From: Nemertoderma westbladi
Taxonomy: Eukaryota; Animalia; Xenacoelomorpha
Direction: 5' to 3'
Assembly (NCBI GenBank): GCA_032718475.1
Contig: JAUCBJ010008927.1
Location: 1-49,356 of the forward strand
DNA length: 49,356 nucleotides
Within the stretch, counting starts at the first letter, position 1. Each line of letters starts with the position of its first letter. Of this stretch, positions 46,614-49,356 are shown piece by piece. The position numbers were made by a program, and so were the translations under genes. A model generated the notes under the pieces. It ran no database searches. It was not told the DNA's origin and was given only the letters and a program-made list of their open reading frames with translations.

Positions 46614-47595
46614 TAGAGTTGCAAAAGAGACCTGTTTTTCTTAATCCCGGTGAACCAGAGCCCTACCCGGAGAATTATTTTGAAAAATACCGGAGATCAG
46701 AGACTTTGCTTATTTTTCTACTTACAATTTGATTACTTCCCTATAACACAAACAGGTACATACGGCCTTATAACTATTTTTCTATGGTTCAATTACAGTA
46801 AAGTAAATCCAACCCATTTCAACCCTTACCCATTGTAAGAAAATAAGTGCACGTACAGTTTGGGGGTTTAATTAATATTAATTTGGTTATTTGTTTGTTA
46901 ATTCGTTCTTATTTTGTTATTGTTAATAATATGTAACATAATTTTGTTTTGCGCCATAGGTACCGGTACTTTGACACTTTGTTAATTAAAGGCAATTATT
47001 TTACAATTGTTCAAATCATATATACATTTCAATATACTATAAACTTAGTCATTTACGAATACTTAGTGCACAGGTATAGTACTCTACTGGTCCCATTTAC
47101 AAGCCACGTTACGCTCGTTCTCTCCATTTGGTCGTCATATTATCTATCCTATAACAAATTGAATGAAGAACAGCCCTTTCTTTCACGTTTAAACATTATG
47201 AGTGCTCAAATTAAGCGCCCTTATCCTTAAATAAGAACCATCTTTGGGTGCTAATTTAACTTAAAATTAAACGCACCTTAAATTAATTAAATAGAATATT
47301 ATCGGTACATTTATTAGAAATAGTGTAAAAGTGAATATATAATTGTGTTGAAGCAGTGTATGTAAAATAGTTAAAAATTAAAGAAATAATTGTAAAAAAT
47401 TTGTGAAAAATTATCTTCATTTCACATTTTGTGTTGTACAGGATCTATTTTTAAATATCTTTTTCTAATTTGTCAAATCACTGATCTCTGGGTAAAATGT
47501 CTGTTTTCAATACCCGGGAACCAGAGACCTATCCGGAGACCAAAAAACTGCCCGGAGAATCCAGAGATCAGTGACAAGTCTCTGTTTCAACTCTA
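46614..47595. mobile_element. Non-autonomous hAT element (982 bp) with 8-bp TSD CCATGTAT
   Basis: CCATGTAT|TAGAGTTGCAAAAGAGACCTGT ... ACAAGTCTCTGTTTCAACTCTA|CCATGTAT, with subterminal CCGGAGA / GAGATCAG repeats at both ends. Confidence 0.9.
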
Positions 47596-48883
47596 CCATG
47601 TATATATGATATGATGTCACCGCAGTGTATCTGTGAACCGGGCTAAATGGGACCATTACCCAAATGAAATTACTCCATGTTGATCAAACAGATACCAAAA
47701 AATTCCGCAGCTTTTAGGCCAACAATCTTGAGTATTGGATTAGTAAAACGTGGCAATTTGGATGTTCTAGATCCCATTTTGTAACTACTACTCTTTGTCG
47801 TATCTCAAAATTTATGATCCCACAATATAGTCCGGACATACAGACATACTAAAGGCCCATAAATTTTTCAATAACAATAATTTTATTCTGAAATTTTCAT
47901 AAAATCATAAAAGATTGCCTACATATATAGGTCTATTCCATTGTGCTCTATTCCACTCTTAGACTGAGTCACTGAACTAGATTACACAAGAAAACATTGG
48001 CTCTAAAAGTATTTAGATTAATTAATGTCGCACCTTTATGTCAAAGTGTCCGGTAAATAATAAACATCCAATAGTTAGGAGTATCGTTCCAGCGACAAAC
48101 ATTAAAACGGCGAGGGTAATAGCCTTTACAGGAACAGGTTCCGGGAAGCGCCGACGAAACTAGAAAATATAAATGTATAAAAAACATGGTTGTGTGTGTG
48201 CGCGCTACAACTTGTACTGGTAGTGCTGGCAATTGATTAATTAATGGTAGGCCTAATCGTAGGCATACTTCACTACTTGGGTATTCCGTTTTCCAATTCG
48301 AGCTCAATGAAAACTGCTGAACCCTGAATCAATGCCCTACAGCCCTACGCTACAGCCCTATCGGAAAGGTTGCAAAGTGCAGCCTGCGTACCCACAAAAA
48401 TATGTCCGGCGCAGAAATCGACGTAGGAAAGAAAACTTGTCAAAAGACAAAATGGTCTACCCACGCGCACATGCCAGCATTCTGTAGGCCTATTTAAAGT
48501 TGTAAGATGACTCTGCTACATATATCAGTATATTGTTTAAATTACAATTCTATAGGCCTATTCACTTTCTCCGCAGCTACCTTACTACAGTACCTACAAA
48601 TCCTATCTGCCTAAACAGAAGGCTACACTGCTATACACCAGAGCACCAAAACAAGATTATCTGATCATACATCAAACTTATTGCAGTTGTACAGCGGCAC
48701 TGCACTAAAGTACGGTACCGGTAATCTGGTGTTTTGATTGTACCAATTGCTGAATTGGGAAAATTATAATGTAGAAATCCCCCTTAATACTGTAATATTG
48801 AAGAATGAACCTATCACAGTACAGCAGTAGGCCTACCACCGATATCGTTAAGGTTAATAGTGTGTTTACATCGATTTACTCAC

Positions 48884-48949
48884 CTGCAGTTCCGAATACG
48901 GTTCACTATTCTTCGGCAACTGTTGATATTTTACAGAACTTCTTTCCAT
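48884..48949 (-). CDS. Candidate first coding exon of an unidentified host gene (MERSSVKYQQLPKNSEPYSELQ)
   Basis: Perfect donor CAG|GTGAGT at 48883, upstream acceptor TTTCATAG| at 48985, ATG at 48949 with an upstream in-frame stop. Only 22 codons. Confidence 0.4.
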
Positions 48950-49266
48950 AACACCCACTGCTGCTTTTCGTAAATTTTAACAAGCTATGAAACAGACAAG
49001 CTGTGTCTACATTCACAGTTTCAGACTTTAGTTCCAAATACAAGTTTTCTTCTGCGCAGGGCGGTACTGGTAATAATAACTAACATTATAATGTTTCAAA
49101 GTGAAACTAAAATTATAATGTTTCAATGTGAAACTAATAAGACTATTACGCCATCGCATAGAGCTTCACGCCTATTCCTTGTCGACCGTTATAGTACAAT
49201 TGCATATTGATGTGGCACAATTAATGATTAATGGATTCCCCGTACTTATTCAAATTTAAGCCTCAT

Positions 49267-49356
49267 GCGAATTTAGTTCCAATTTTGGCGAACTTAGTTC
49301 CAATTTAGGCGAACTTAGTTCCAATAACTAGAGAAAAACGAAAACGAATTTAGTTC
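49267..49356. repeat. Short ~20-bp tandem repeats GCGAAYTTAGTTCCAAT, cut by the window end
   Basis: Three adjacent copies plus a partial fourth. Confidence 0.7.

Overview
AT-rich eukaryotic DNA with spliceosomal introns, most consistent with an invertebrate animal; nothing prokaryotic and no CRISPR. Left to right: (1) a decayed, 5'-truncated Penelope-like retroelement (RT + GIY-YIG) with a hammerhead-ribozyme-like core in its 3' end; (2) a 3-exon two-pore-domain K+ channel (K2P/KCNK-type) gene on the minus strand, about 418 aa, whose first intron holds a decayed coding relic and a MITE; (3) a decayed LINE interrupted by an internally deleted Tc1/mariner element; (4) an ~11.6-kb BEL/Pao LTR element; (5) a ~16.8-kb 76/78/35-bp satellite with local higher-order repeats, starting exactly at the end of the 3' LTR; (6) a mix of a foldback minisatellite, an RTE-like LINE fragment, Helitron/HINE-like repeats, TTAA elements, a hAT MITE with an 8-bp TSD, and one candidate host exon. 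The BEL/Pao element is the most unusual object. It has an intact 1360-aa Gag-protease ORF with RT and most of RNase H removed in frame and no integrase. It has no tRNA-type PBS but a 12-nt PBS-position sequence complementary to its own LTR (possible self-priming). It also carries duplicated structured RNA modules in both UTRs, a decayed extra coding region in the env position, and discordant LTRs. All calls were made by eye; no database searches or folding programs were run.
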